A DNA stretch of 64,000 nt, taken from NCBI GenBank assembly GCA_051294375.1, contig CM119270.1, forward strand, positions 14,146,179 through 14,210,178. The letters are read 5' to 3'. The translations under genes and the position numbers were made by a program. Positions 37,701 through 49,100 of this stretch are shown here, one piece after another. The notes under the pieces were generated by a model. The model was not told where the DNA came from and ran no database searches. It saw only the letters and a program-made list of their open reading frames with translations. This DNA is from Paraspadella gotoi (lineage: Eukaryota > Animalia > Chaetognatha). Position 1 is the stretch's first letter; each line of letters starts with the position of its first letter.

Positions 37701-40700
37701 TTAGCAAGGTTCTGTAATTCTTACACTGTATTGCAGTTAATCGTAGCTTGGCCTGATGAGGCAGAAGAAGATAGTCCACACTTGCAAAAGTTATTACTCA
37801 GAATATGTGATAAAATTGATCCTTTTCCGGAAATTATTCTCTGCATGGAAAATAAACATCAATCTGATTCTCTAATGGACTACTTAAAAAGGTCTGAGAT
37901 TGAGAGTGTTATAAGTTATAAAATTAATTTAGCAACTATTTGTTCAGGTATAAAACATATCATTCCAAACAAAGAATTTGAAGAGACACAATATTCTCTT
38001 CCAACTAAAAAAGGAGATAATTCACCTGGTTTTGTATTTAATGAGCTGGAAAGCTTAAAAATTCATTTCAATGTTTTGTTTCTTAACAATGATTTTAAAC
38101 AATACAGTACTCAAGAAATAGTTACTCAAGAACACAATTTTCATACAGGTGGATCTATTGAATGGGGCTTAAGATATAGTTGGCGGGCGGGTGATGAATT
38201 TGATATTCAAAGAGAACTTGCTCAGAAAATGAAAAAAGACTTGCTACATTCTCTTTCCATATATTATAAAACATATAAGAAAAATGGCTTGTTAAAGAAT
38301 CAAAAGATTCTTTTAAATCATATTCCGGGATCTGGAGGAAGTACACTTGCAAAACGACTTTTATGGGACATGCATGAATTGATCCCATGTGCTGAACTAA
38401 AAACTCCGCTTTCGTCTCTCGATTCACAAGATGCAGGATATCTAAAACAAAATATCAAACTTCTTCAAAGTAGAACCCAATTACCTATTTTAATACTGAT
38501 GGATGGTGCAAGCGATCTCATGATGAGTCGCTTAAGCAAAGAGTTGGAAATGGTTGGGGTGACTGCAATTTTTATCTGTGTTCATCAAAAGCTATCAATT
38601 CGTGATTCAAAGGGATCTAGGTGTGAAAATAAATATTTGCTGAGTGAAACTCTTTCATCCTCTGAATCTGAGTCGCTATATCATAAATTGAGGCATCTTT
38701 GTACTGACAAAATCTGTCGCTCCAATCTTATGGCTTTACATGAAGAGGTAAAAAAAGGCAACCAACATCACTTGATAGAATATGGATTGACTGCCTTTAC
38801 AACTGAATATAGAGGCCTACGACCCTATGTCGTTAGTTACTTGGAACCCTTAGATCTTGAGGCTTCACAATTGAAACTGTTAATGTTTGTTTCATTATCA
38901 CTGTATTACGGTCATACTGGAATTCCAATTCAATGGTTTTGTCCTCTGCTTTATTTACCCAAAAACCAAAAATTGAATTTAGAAGATATGAATTTAGTAA
39001 AAAGCTTTTTAAAGTTTGAATCAGATTCAAAAAACATCATTTTAAGACATACGTTAATAGCAAAAGAAATATTAGAAGTTTCCTTAAATCCAGAAAGTCG
39101 ATTAAAAGATATGGAATCAACTCCATTTTTATCTGAAAACGCACGACAAATGCTTTTTCCAATTTTAAAAGATTTCATTGAATTTTTAAAACGACAAAAC
39201 ACATCTAAAACAAAAGATGTGGTTTTTAAAATATTCATTCGACGAGAAGTTGATGGTAGATTTGCCAGAGTCATTCACGATATCCCAAGCATTGAAAGGC
39301 AAGAAGAGACACTTTCGCTTGTTGTTGAAAATTTTAAAGATGCTGAAACGTTACTACATTTGGGTAGATTCTATACTTACCAGAAGAAAGACAGAGAAAA
39401 GGCACAAGAATGTTTTGAAGAAGCGTTGCAAATTTGCAACCAGCGCGCTGTTTCTGACAATGAAGAAGAAACTGGTTTACAAGACACGTTTATGAGAGTG
39501 TACCACTCTTATGGCTATCATTACCTTCAGCAATTAGAAGAAATAACTGGCGGACCTTCTGGAACCAAACATTCTTCCACTAATAGAGATTCCAATGATG
39601 AAGATTTGCAGTTTAGTTTTCAATTCGCAAAAGAAGCTAGAGAATGTTATCAGAAAAGTCGCGGCTACACATCACCATGGAATATGAGTACAGGTTCTTT
39701 TCTTTTTGAAGTGAGAGTTATGCTGAATATATGCGATTTTGTTCATCGAAATTGGAGAAAAACAGAAAAACACACAAATGTCATCAAGGTAGTCTCTAAA
39801 GGAAACTTTTCAAATAACTCGGTAAAGGAATTTGTTATAGAATGTATTGGTGAAATAGATTGTCTCTTAAATGCTTGCTCTGAGTATGTTGATGGCAAGG
39901 ACTCAGAGTATGAATCCTTGTGCGATTGGAATCAGACTCTTTTTAAAAGTAGCTACATGGATCTTCAACAACTTATGCAAGGTTCAGGTGGTTCAAATAA
40001 CTCTGAAAGAAGAAACACAGTAGCTGCTATCAAATTGCATCACTCAAATTCAAGAGAACATCTGGCATCTTTACGAGCAGTAGATAAAATTAGACATATC
40101 GAAAGAATAGTTGATCTTCTTGGGCAAAACATCGACTATGTGCATCGGTATAGTAGAGAATTTGATTGGAAATACGAAAAAGACCTAAATGAATGGTTGA
40201 TAGCTATTAGGCACCCCTATTACAGCAAAACAATATCATTCAATGATGTTTTGGCAAAAGTAAAGTTGTGGTATGATAACAAAAAGTCATTGAATTCTAC
40301 TTTTTATTATTTAATTTTGCTAACCATTCAAGGTCTTGAAGGATACACACCTTCTTATCTCGAGGCAGAAATTAAGCACAAAGAACTTTTAGAGTTCAGA
40401 AAAAAAGGTTACATTCGGCATCTTCGATATCCCCGGGAATGGTTGGGCAACGGGAAGGATTTCAACTGCCTGGTTTCTGGAGCCCCGCCAAACGTGCAAG
40501 ATAATTCTCATCTTTTGCTCTTCAGACAACAAAGCGAGAAACTGAAAACAATGACTGGAAGCATTTGCGAGCCCAACGATGACGACCTGTCAGGATACAT
40601 CAGCGTCGATTTCCCAAAACAAGACGCTTTGGGACTCCGCAAAATAAGAGCCTTTTACCATCCACAAATAAATCAGCTCAACGACAAGATAAACGCCAAC

Positions 40701-40814
40701 AAGAAGGTTACGTTCAAATTGTGCTTCACGTTCAATCACGGTTATCACGCAAGAGACGTGGAGCTCATCAAGAAGAAGATAAATGAAGATCATGAATGCG
40801 TATATGATGATTAG
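34718..40814 (+). CDS. SAMD9-like STAND NTPase with N-terminal DZIP3-like HEPN domain (HEPN - coiled coil - LOTUS-like - degenerate AlbA-like - SIR2-like - P-loop - TPR - OB fold), ~1734 aa
   Basis: Exons 34718-35414, 35714-35794 and 36388-40814, all phase-1 GT-AG junctions, 5205 nt open. HEPN: FDITLMGFLYQNV...W..P...DDVVRVRTVRNELGH. SAMD9-family motifs: VPWLIIFDFDIDSTNQGV, FHTGGSIEW..DIQRE, LNHIPGSGGSTLAKRLLWDMH, PILILMDG, HLGRFY (TPR), and C-terminal KVTFKLCFTFNHGYHARDVE (cf. SAMD9 KVSFYLGFSIGGPLAYDI). Confidence 0.85.
35543..35615 (+). mobile_element. tRNA-derived (Gly-CCC-like) SINE head or tRNA pseudogene in intron 1 of the SAMD9-like gene
   Basis: Acceptor stem GCGGCCA/TGGTCGC, A-box TGGTGCAGGAGG, loop CTCCCAA, B-box-like GGTTCTAGCC. 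The anticodon stem pairs poorly. Confidence 0.55.
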
Positions 40815-40944
40815 AAAATAAGTAAACAAGTGTTAAGTCTACAGTTCTCGAACAATCAATAATTTTTCAAACAGTTCATTAATATTAAGTTTCCTTATTT
40901 TTTTTCAAATGAATTTTTTAATAATTATTATATAGTTTATCCAT

Positions 40945-41573
40945 TAAGGCGCAGTGAAAGTTGCAGATCAAAATTCGAATAGTTGATCATGAACAGTCTT
41001 GAACTAAAGAACATTGATATATAAAAAAATTATTTTTAAAATTTCTCAATTTTCGCTTACGCCCATATTTAATCATAGTACTCACCATAGAAAATGTCAA
41101 AATTTTTCTTAGTTTTGAAAGCACATTCGAATTCCGCATAGAAAATTTATAAAAGAAAATGTAAGTCTTAATCAAAAATTATTTCATTAAGTTAGCCAAA
41201 ATTCGAAAAACTATATTTTTTATACTAAAACTATATTTTTTATACTAAAATTTAATTATAGGTTAATAATAATAGTTTTTAGCATTTTGACCTACTTAAT
41301 GAAATAATTTTCTAAAAAGAGATATATTTCCTTTTATCAACTTTTCGTGAGAAATTCGAATCTGCTTTAAAAAAAAAGAAAAATTTTTTTATAATTTTGA
41401 ACTTTTCTATGGTGAGTACTATGTATAAATATGGGCGTATGCGAAAATTGAAAAATAAAAATTAATTATTTTTCATTTAAAAATCTTCACAGGTACAAGC
41501 CTGTTCGTGATCTACTATTCGAATTTTGAATTCAACTTGATTTTAATATTTTTGCTACGCTTTATTGTCCTTA
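40945..41573. mobile_element. Foldback/MITE-like element with ~235-bp imperfect terminal inverted repeats
   Basis: 40969-41205 (caaaattcgaatagttgatcatgaacag...cgcccatattt...catagtactcaccatagaaaa...ttatttcattaagt) is the reverse complement of ~41285-41528. Ends are TAAGG...CCTTA, and a 20-bp direct duplication lies at ~41207-41250. Confidence 0.75.
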
Positions 41574-42014
41574 CACAATTCGGTGAAGTGAAAAACTTAA
41601 AAACGCACATTCCTTTTTTGATAAAAAAAACATTCCTTTTGATTTTTTGTTATACATTTCTTGTTATGAATAAATAGTTAAACAGTTAAAATAAATATTA
41701 AAAACTCTATGATCATTATTTCTTGATTTTTTTATTATTTCGAATTGTTAGATGTTAGCTTTCTCTCTTATGTCTCTCTCTGTACGTCCATAATTCGCTC
41801 TTTCTGTCGATGAGCCGAAGGTATTGCGTTGCTAGGTGAGACGACAACAACAACAACGACGAAGCGGCGTGAAAGAGTTAAAGAGTGAAAGAATTACATT
41901 TTTTCAATCGATTGCACTTTTGTTCCCTTAAGAACTCCTTCAAGGGAAGAGAGTCGGAACTGCTCGGCGGGGCGTCTCACCGTCAAACCCAGTTATCCCT
42001 CAAACGACGAGGAA

Positions 42015-45000
42015 ATGAATCAGCTTAGGTTTAGAAATAAAATAAAATTTTAAAACAAAAGGATCTACAGGCATGTACCATTAAATGTACGTACTAAGTT
42101 AAAAGCATTAAACGCATGGACTCATCGAACGTTAAAGACATGAAAGTCACTGAGTGTTTTCATGATAACCGGTTTACCTGTACCTCTTGTTTCTACGTAA
42201 AAAATAATCGATGAAGAAACTTGTAAAGAACTTGAAGCTTCTTCGTTTCAAAGACAAAGGCTCTCGTGAAAGAAGAACGTTCGTCTCAAATCGATTCTCA
42301 GTTCATTTCCGAATCGAAAATTGAAGACTTTGCTTTTTTTGTCCTTCGATTTAATTTTTATTTAGCAACTTATATTCATTTATTTATGATTTAGCAGGGA
42401 CGCCATCCTTTCTCAATTCACCTCCAGGGTCCCTGTGAGTCATGACTCGTGACTCGTCCGCCGCGGTGACGATCGTGAGTGCGAAAAGTTTCGCACGGTG
42501 ACGTTAAACTGTTAAGTTAACATTTGAGACATTTAATGCCACGAATTTTGAAATCATTAAATAAATATCTAAAAAATGTAATATAAAGTAACAAAAAAAA
42601 CAAAAAAAAAAAACAGATTCGCTCGACGCGCCGATCTTTCCATCGGGAGAAGATGCCGGGGACTAAAAGGCAATGGTCTCTCGGGCAGGTAAGCACGAAG
42701 GAACAAATTTAGGATGGAAAATCAATTAAGAGAATTACTGATTTTTTTATCATCGTTAGTTGTGTGACTCTACTATTTCAAATATCTGTTCTTCAATTCT
42801 AACCGTTCCCTATTCCCTGCGTTTCACTTACCAAGGGCGCACCGGGGACGGTCGAAGAGCCTCCGCCTTATGGACACTCTCAGGCGCAGCCGCAGGCGCA
42901 CGGTGGGTCGTTGCAATTTCCCTCTGTGCTGCCGCCCTACCTGGACTCAACACTTATTTCGTACGAGGCTCTCAAAGTAAGTTCGTTCGACTCTGTGTTT
43001 AAGGATTGAGTTATTAATTTCCGTATCTTAGAGATACACTTTTTGATATTTTGTCCGTTTGTCTGTTTCAGTGTTTAAAGCTCTTTGACATCCAATATAT
43101 AGCGAGTACATCATTACTATTAAATATTCCTTCTTACTCCTCAGGATTCCACCAACTTGTACCACGGCCGAGAAATAGGAGAGGCGGACGTTGAAATGCT
43201 TGAACAACAACAGGTTAACTTTACAGCGTTCATTAATCTATTAGTAAACAAATTATCGCGAAATTAAATGCCGAATGATATTTCGTACGAATAATTAATA
43301 ATCGACGGTTTAATGGAACAAATCTTTGCCATCAAGGGTGAAGAGACTAAGAGAGAGTCGTTGCAACGCAAAGGATTTTTCGGTGGACGAATTACGACGA
43401 AAGGCGGACGAGGGGTTTACATGCTCAAGGTCGCTCAATTATTCATTTAAAGTAGAGTTTATGTTAACCATATTATTTTCATCGATATCCGTTTCTTTCG
43501 ACGGCGACAGATAACATTTCTGACCCTGGTTCCCATCATCGCTTTGATCGGAGTCAACATTTCTTCCTTAGTGTCAAACATAACGGAGACAATTCACGCC
43601 GTCGAGTTGAAAAAGGTTCGCCAAAAATAAATAAAATTATTCAATAGAGTCTTTGTGGGAATTTACAAGTGCATTTATTTTTTTGCCGATATTAAATAAC
43701 CTGCGCATGCGATGTCCTTACAACAATATTAATTTATTTTTAAAAAAAAGTAGTATAATTTATAGTATAATATACTATAAATGCATTTTTTTGATCCAGG
43801 AAATCGAGTTTTCCCTCGAAGTGGCGAAGGTCATTCAATACTTGGGGAAAGAAAGAGGAATAGCCGCCGTCGTGATGTCCAATTTAAACAGGTAAGTCAG
43901 ACGTTGGGTAAGTTTTATCACTTTTTTTTAGTCAATTTACCGAAATGGCTTTAAATCCAAGGGTGCAATGTTAACCGTGTGGGCCAGGTTCCCGCTCTAT
44001 TGGCAAATTGTAACGGGGCTGGTTGATACAGAGAGTGCGAAATTCAAGAAACTAATCACAGGGGCTCTGACCATTTTCAATGTGTCAAGAAATACTAATT
44101 AATTCAAAAGGAAATCGGCCGAGGAGTTGAAGCCACTCCTGAAGCAGCAGGTCATCCGGTATGAGGAGACGGACCGGGCGATCAACAACATGTCAGGCTG
44201 GCCGGCAGGAGTCTCCAAGGAACTGGAATTTGCCGGACACGAGTTTCGATCCAGGGTTTGACACTAATTTTAAAATTATTTTAAATGTTTATACTTTATT
44301 ATTTTACTAATTAAATATGAATTTTAAAATGATTTATAATAGGTTAATAAGTTCCCTGCTAAAGTTTTTAATTTTTCCTAATTTGTAAATTTTTCAACTT
44401 CATTACGTTTTTTGTTTTGCATAATGCACATTATGCTTCTTCTAAATTTTTTAAAACAAAAAAAACAAATTTAATGCACATACTGCAGAACATATTTAAA
44501 CGTCTCAATGTGTTTGTCTCCATTTTCTCTCAGGCGACGTTGCAACACTTTTTAAACGTTCATCGCGCCACAAAACGCAACACGACCGCGATCGAAGAAA
44601 TTAACTTTTATTCCCGGATCATCGTTGTTTTTCTCGATTGGCTTTATCACAACATCAGGGATTCAAAGGTACGAAACGGAAATGATTTCATTCATTAACA
44701 TCACTCATTCATTCATTTACTCATTCATTCACTTATTCATTCATAGAGTTCAAAATTACTTTAATATACATAGTTTTGCGTTTTCTTTCCTCTCCTTTCC
44801 TCTCCTTTCCAGTCCCACAATTTCACAAGCGAATTCCTTGATTCTTCTTCTTCTTTTGCCCCTCCCTCCAGAACGAGCAAAGCTGGCCTAGTCTGGTGGC
44901 CTACGAAATATTCACCTCGTCCCTGGAGAATATGGGAATGGAGAGATCACTCGGCCGGGTGTTCTACACCAACGGTCACTTTGACACTGACAACGATTAT

Positions 45001-46045
45001 CTCTCCTACATCAAGCAGTACCACGTGGGAAAGAACAACCTGGCTTTGGCAGGTCATTTCACGTCATGGGGCCAGTATTTTTCTTTTATTAAATTATTAA
45101 ACTAAAACATTAAAATTTCTTTTTGCGTGAAGGGATTTTGATGGAGTAAGAGATGTGCATAGAAAAGCTTCCTTTGAACGGACAAACGAGTCAGGAGACA
45201 GACAAACTGTGACAATGACAGGAAAAGAAAACCTTAAATTTAAAAATCGTTGATTTCTGATTTAATCTGAGACCATAGTCATCATTAAAGATTTCTATCA
45301 TTTAAAGAAAAGGATTCTTAAGGTCGTCCTTTGTGATCGGCGGAGCGCCGGTCCACTTGGGTCCGATGATCACGACGGGTTTGCCGTGGAAAGGTCGCCA
45401 CACGAGCATCTGAGCTACGTTGGCGTGCGGCGGAACCAGCACGTCTCGCGGGATCGATTTTGGAGGATCTTCTATGATCTGGGGAGGTGGTTTTCAAAAT
45501 TCGAATCCTCGGAGATTAGACGTCGTTTTGCTCGCTTTTGTGCTTGTAATGAAGCTCGTTTGGTCCAAAGTACACAGGTTTTGAGTTTTAGTTTCAGTTA
45601 CCTCTGGCTGCAGCTGTTTCACTGGCCCGATGACTTTGCAGCGCTGGCCGCACGATCTCTTCCTGTCAACCTTTATATCGATCACTACTCGCCATTTGAC
45701 GGTTTTAAGCGGGAACATCTGGTTTTTAGAAATCGTAGTAGTTCAAAACTGAATTTACTTAGCAAAAATGGTAACTGAATAATATTGACGTACTTCCCGA
45801 GTTTCCTCATTTCTCGCTACGACCCAGCAGAAAAAGCTGAAAAAAAGGGATTTAGTTAATAACGACTCGTGACAAAATTGTGAACATTTTTTGTAAACCT
45901 TTGATCCCGGTGAATCTCAGTCAACGAACATTGGCCAATGATGTATCGACTGCCGTCGGGTGGAACCCACGTAACCTTTATCGAGACGGTGGAAAGATGT
46001 GTGTGTGTGTGTGTTGTGTGTGTGTGTTGTGTGATGAGAGAGAGA

Positions 46046-46139
<94 letters not shown>

Positions 46140-49100
46140 CCTTGCCTGTGGAGAAAAAGAGTCGCTCATTTTAATGTTGAAAAACGTGTCATCATTCGTT
46201 GGTCCCCATAGCATCTGCGTCTCGTGACGTCCGCCGTACCTATTTTCACTACTTAATATTTTAATTTGGTTTCTTTATCTTCTTTTGTCCCTAGTTTTCT
46301 TTTCTTTCCTTTCCTTTCCTTTCTTTTCTTTTCGTTTTCCTTTCCTGTCATTTCCTTTCCTTTCCTTTTTCCTTTTCCTTTTCCTTTCTTCCTTTTTTCC
46401 TTATTCCTTTCCTTTCCTTTCCTTTCCTTTCCTTTCCTTTCCTTTCCTTTTCCTTTCCTTTTTCCTTTCCTTTCCTTTCCTTTCCTTTCCTTTTCCTTTC
46501 CTTCTTTACTTTACTTTTACTTTACTTTACTTTACTTTACTTTACTTTACTTTACTTTCCCCTTTCCTTTCCCTTTTCCTTTTCCTTTTCCTTTTCCTTT
46601 TCTTTTTCCTTTCCTTTACCTTCCTTGCCTGGCCCCGACTTCTACTTCCCTTCCTTTCTTTTTAAAAATTACTTTTCCTTTCCTTCCCAACCTTTACCTA
46701 GTTTACACTCCTCATTTCCCGTTTTGCTTCACCTTAATTTTTTTTCCTTTTCCTTTTTTCCCCCTATTTATTCCACTCTATCGCTTTCATTTCCCTTTCT
46801 TTTCCATTTCCCTTCACCACGGCAAATGCTCCCCGTCCGAGTCCGATAAGATCTTCTGCCCGCGATTGAGTTCCGGAAATTCCCAGCTCGACATTCCGTT
46901 GTCGCCATAGACGTTGATGAACTTCATTGTCGCGCAGCCTTGGATCCAACCGATGGTCCAGAACTCGCCCAAACCCAGTCGCGGAACTTCCACCTTTATC
47001 AACGTTCGTGCGGAAAAGATTTAATGTGAAATAAAAAGGCGTTAATAATAATATTAAATAATATTAAATGTAATGGGAGAGTAAAACGGTTGATCATTTT
47101 ACCAGCGCTTTTGCTTTGAAGGACGGCGAAGTATACTTGACGAAAATGTTGGACGTTTCGTCCACGCTAACGATTTTTTCTTGTATATAAGCTTGGACCG
47201 ATACCTTGCGTGCCAGATTTGTAGAGGTACAGGTACACTGGTACAGCGTAGCAAATGATAAGTGTAAACTTACCTTAATTTTGCTTGGGTCCAAAGTTGG
47301 GCCTCTTTTGTTTTGATTGATGTTCAGTCGAGGAGATGGAATCTCTCGTTCATCGTTTTCGTCGTCGTCGTCGTTGTCGTCGTCGTCGTCTTCATCGTCG
47401 CAACTGTCGTCGTCTTTGTTATTGATGACCCTGAGTCAATATCGGAGAGATAACCTGTATTTTAGACACTTTCATTCTATGACTTGCTGTTTACATTTTA
47501 ATTCGCCCCGACAGAGCTGTCGTTGAGCCGTTTGGTCATAAGGTAAGCTAAGTAAAAAAAATAATAAATAAATTAAAAAAAAAAATTTATGGATAAGAAA
47601 GCACGAAATCTACGGGAGAAAATTACAATAATATCCAAATTGATTTTTTGACTTGAAGAGTTATCAATTAGAAAAAAAACAAACCGTACAGTAGATCAAA
47701 TAAAAAAAAAATAAATAATTTTAGATAGATCATTATAAAAAATTGTTTATACTAACAATAATATATCCATTTTAATAATCAATAAGTCAATCAACGAACA
47801 AATCTATAAGTGTACAAATCAATCAATCATTATAATTCATTAATAATAATCAAAATCGATCAATCAGGTAAGTTTGACGGGTTCGTGAGAAAACGATACA
47901 ACAAACTGGCGGAACAACGTAAAGAAACTTTCGATCACCTGGCGGAGATGCGCCTGCACCTGTTGAACTCGCGGAATCGAACGAGATCGCCCTCGATTCA
48001 GCTGGCCAATTGGTGGTACGACAACGTCACCATCATGATAGGTAAGGAAAACATTTATTAATTTATTAAACGAATACAAATATTAAAACCTAACCTTTTA
48101 TATATATTATCACTTGTTCGTCCAAAATCACATGACTTCATATCTCGTCAGACATCATGAGTCAACTTCACAACGACTTTGCTCGACTCATCCTCGGCCG
48201 AGTGCAGGAAGAACTCGACAACATCTTCCAAGGTGAGGTCGAAATTACTAAGTTATAAAATGTAAAGAAAAAAAAAGCGGCATACTTTTCCAGTTCACGT
48301 GATATTTTTTTCTATTTTCCTATTTAGCTTTGACGGTGAACATCATCCTCTTCGTCTCGATGATCATCTTTTGTCCCATCACCGTCACATTCGTTCACGT
48401 CCTCACTAGAGATCTTCACAACTACGCGCTCACCCTCGTCGAGCAGACGCAGGTCAATAAAGAATAAAGAAACTAAAGATTAAATAAGTAGTAAGTAAAT
48501 AGCAATTAAATAAATTAAATTAATTAAATAAATCAAATGAATAACTTTAGAAACAATCTATAAGTCACTCAATTACCCATTCTATAAATCATTCAATCAA
48601 TCTATCCGACGTGACCACGCCTTCTTTTCAGGCATTAAATACAGAAAAAAAGAAAACGGATGGTCTTTTGTTCGAAATGCTTCCGCGCGCCGTCGCTCAG
48701 TCGCTGAAGGAAGGGAAACGGGTCGAGCCCGCCGCCTACGAGAGCGCCTCCATCTTGTTCGCGGGTACAAAGTGACGCGGCGTCTATTATGATACGGTGA
48801 TACAATTCACCAAACCCAAACCCTCTCAACTTTCCCAGATATCGTGGACTTTACCCGGCTGAGTTCGGAGTGCAGCCCGATGCAAGTCGTCGACATGCTC
48901 AACAACATCTACATGTGCTTCGACCTGCGGTTGCAGCAATACGACGTCTACAAAGTCGAGACCATCGGCGATGGCTACATGGTCGTTTCCGGTGGGCGAA
49001 GCGACTCCAAATTTTATTTGGAAATTCATAAGATTGCCTTTTTGTTTCGTTTCGTTTTGTTTCTTTTAGGCGTTCCCAAACCCAATGGAGATCGTCACGC

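Noticed and set aside
46266-46810. Phe/Pro/Leu-rich ORFs resembling membrane proteins (also 7721-8129 and 57178-57828)
   Set aside because: Translations of pyrimidine-rich simple repeats.
47515-47542. Plus-strand micro-exon candidate (acag...ag|gtaagc) for the cyclase
   Set aside because: Including it breaks the frame; 45052 joins 47868 directly in phase 1 (LALAGKFDGFV).
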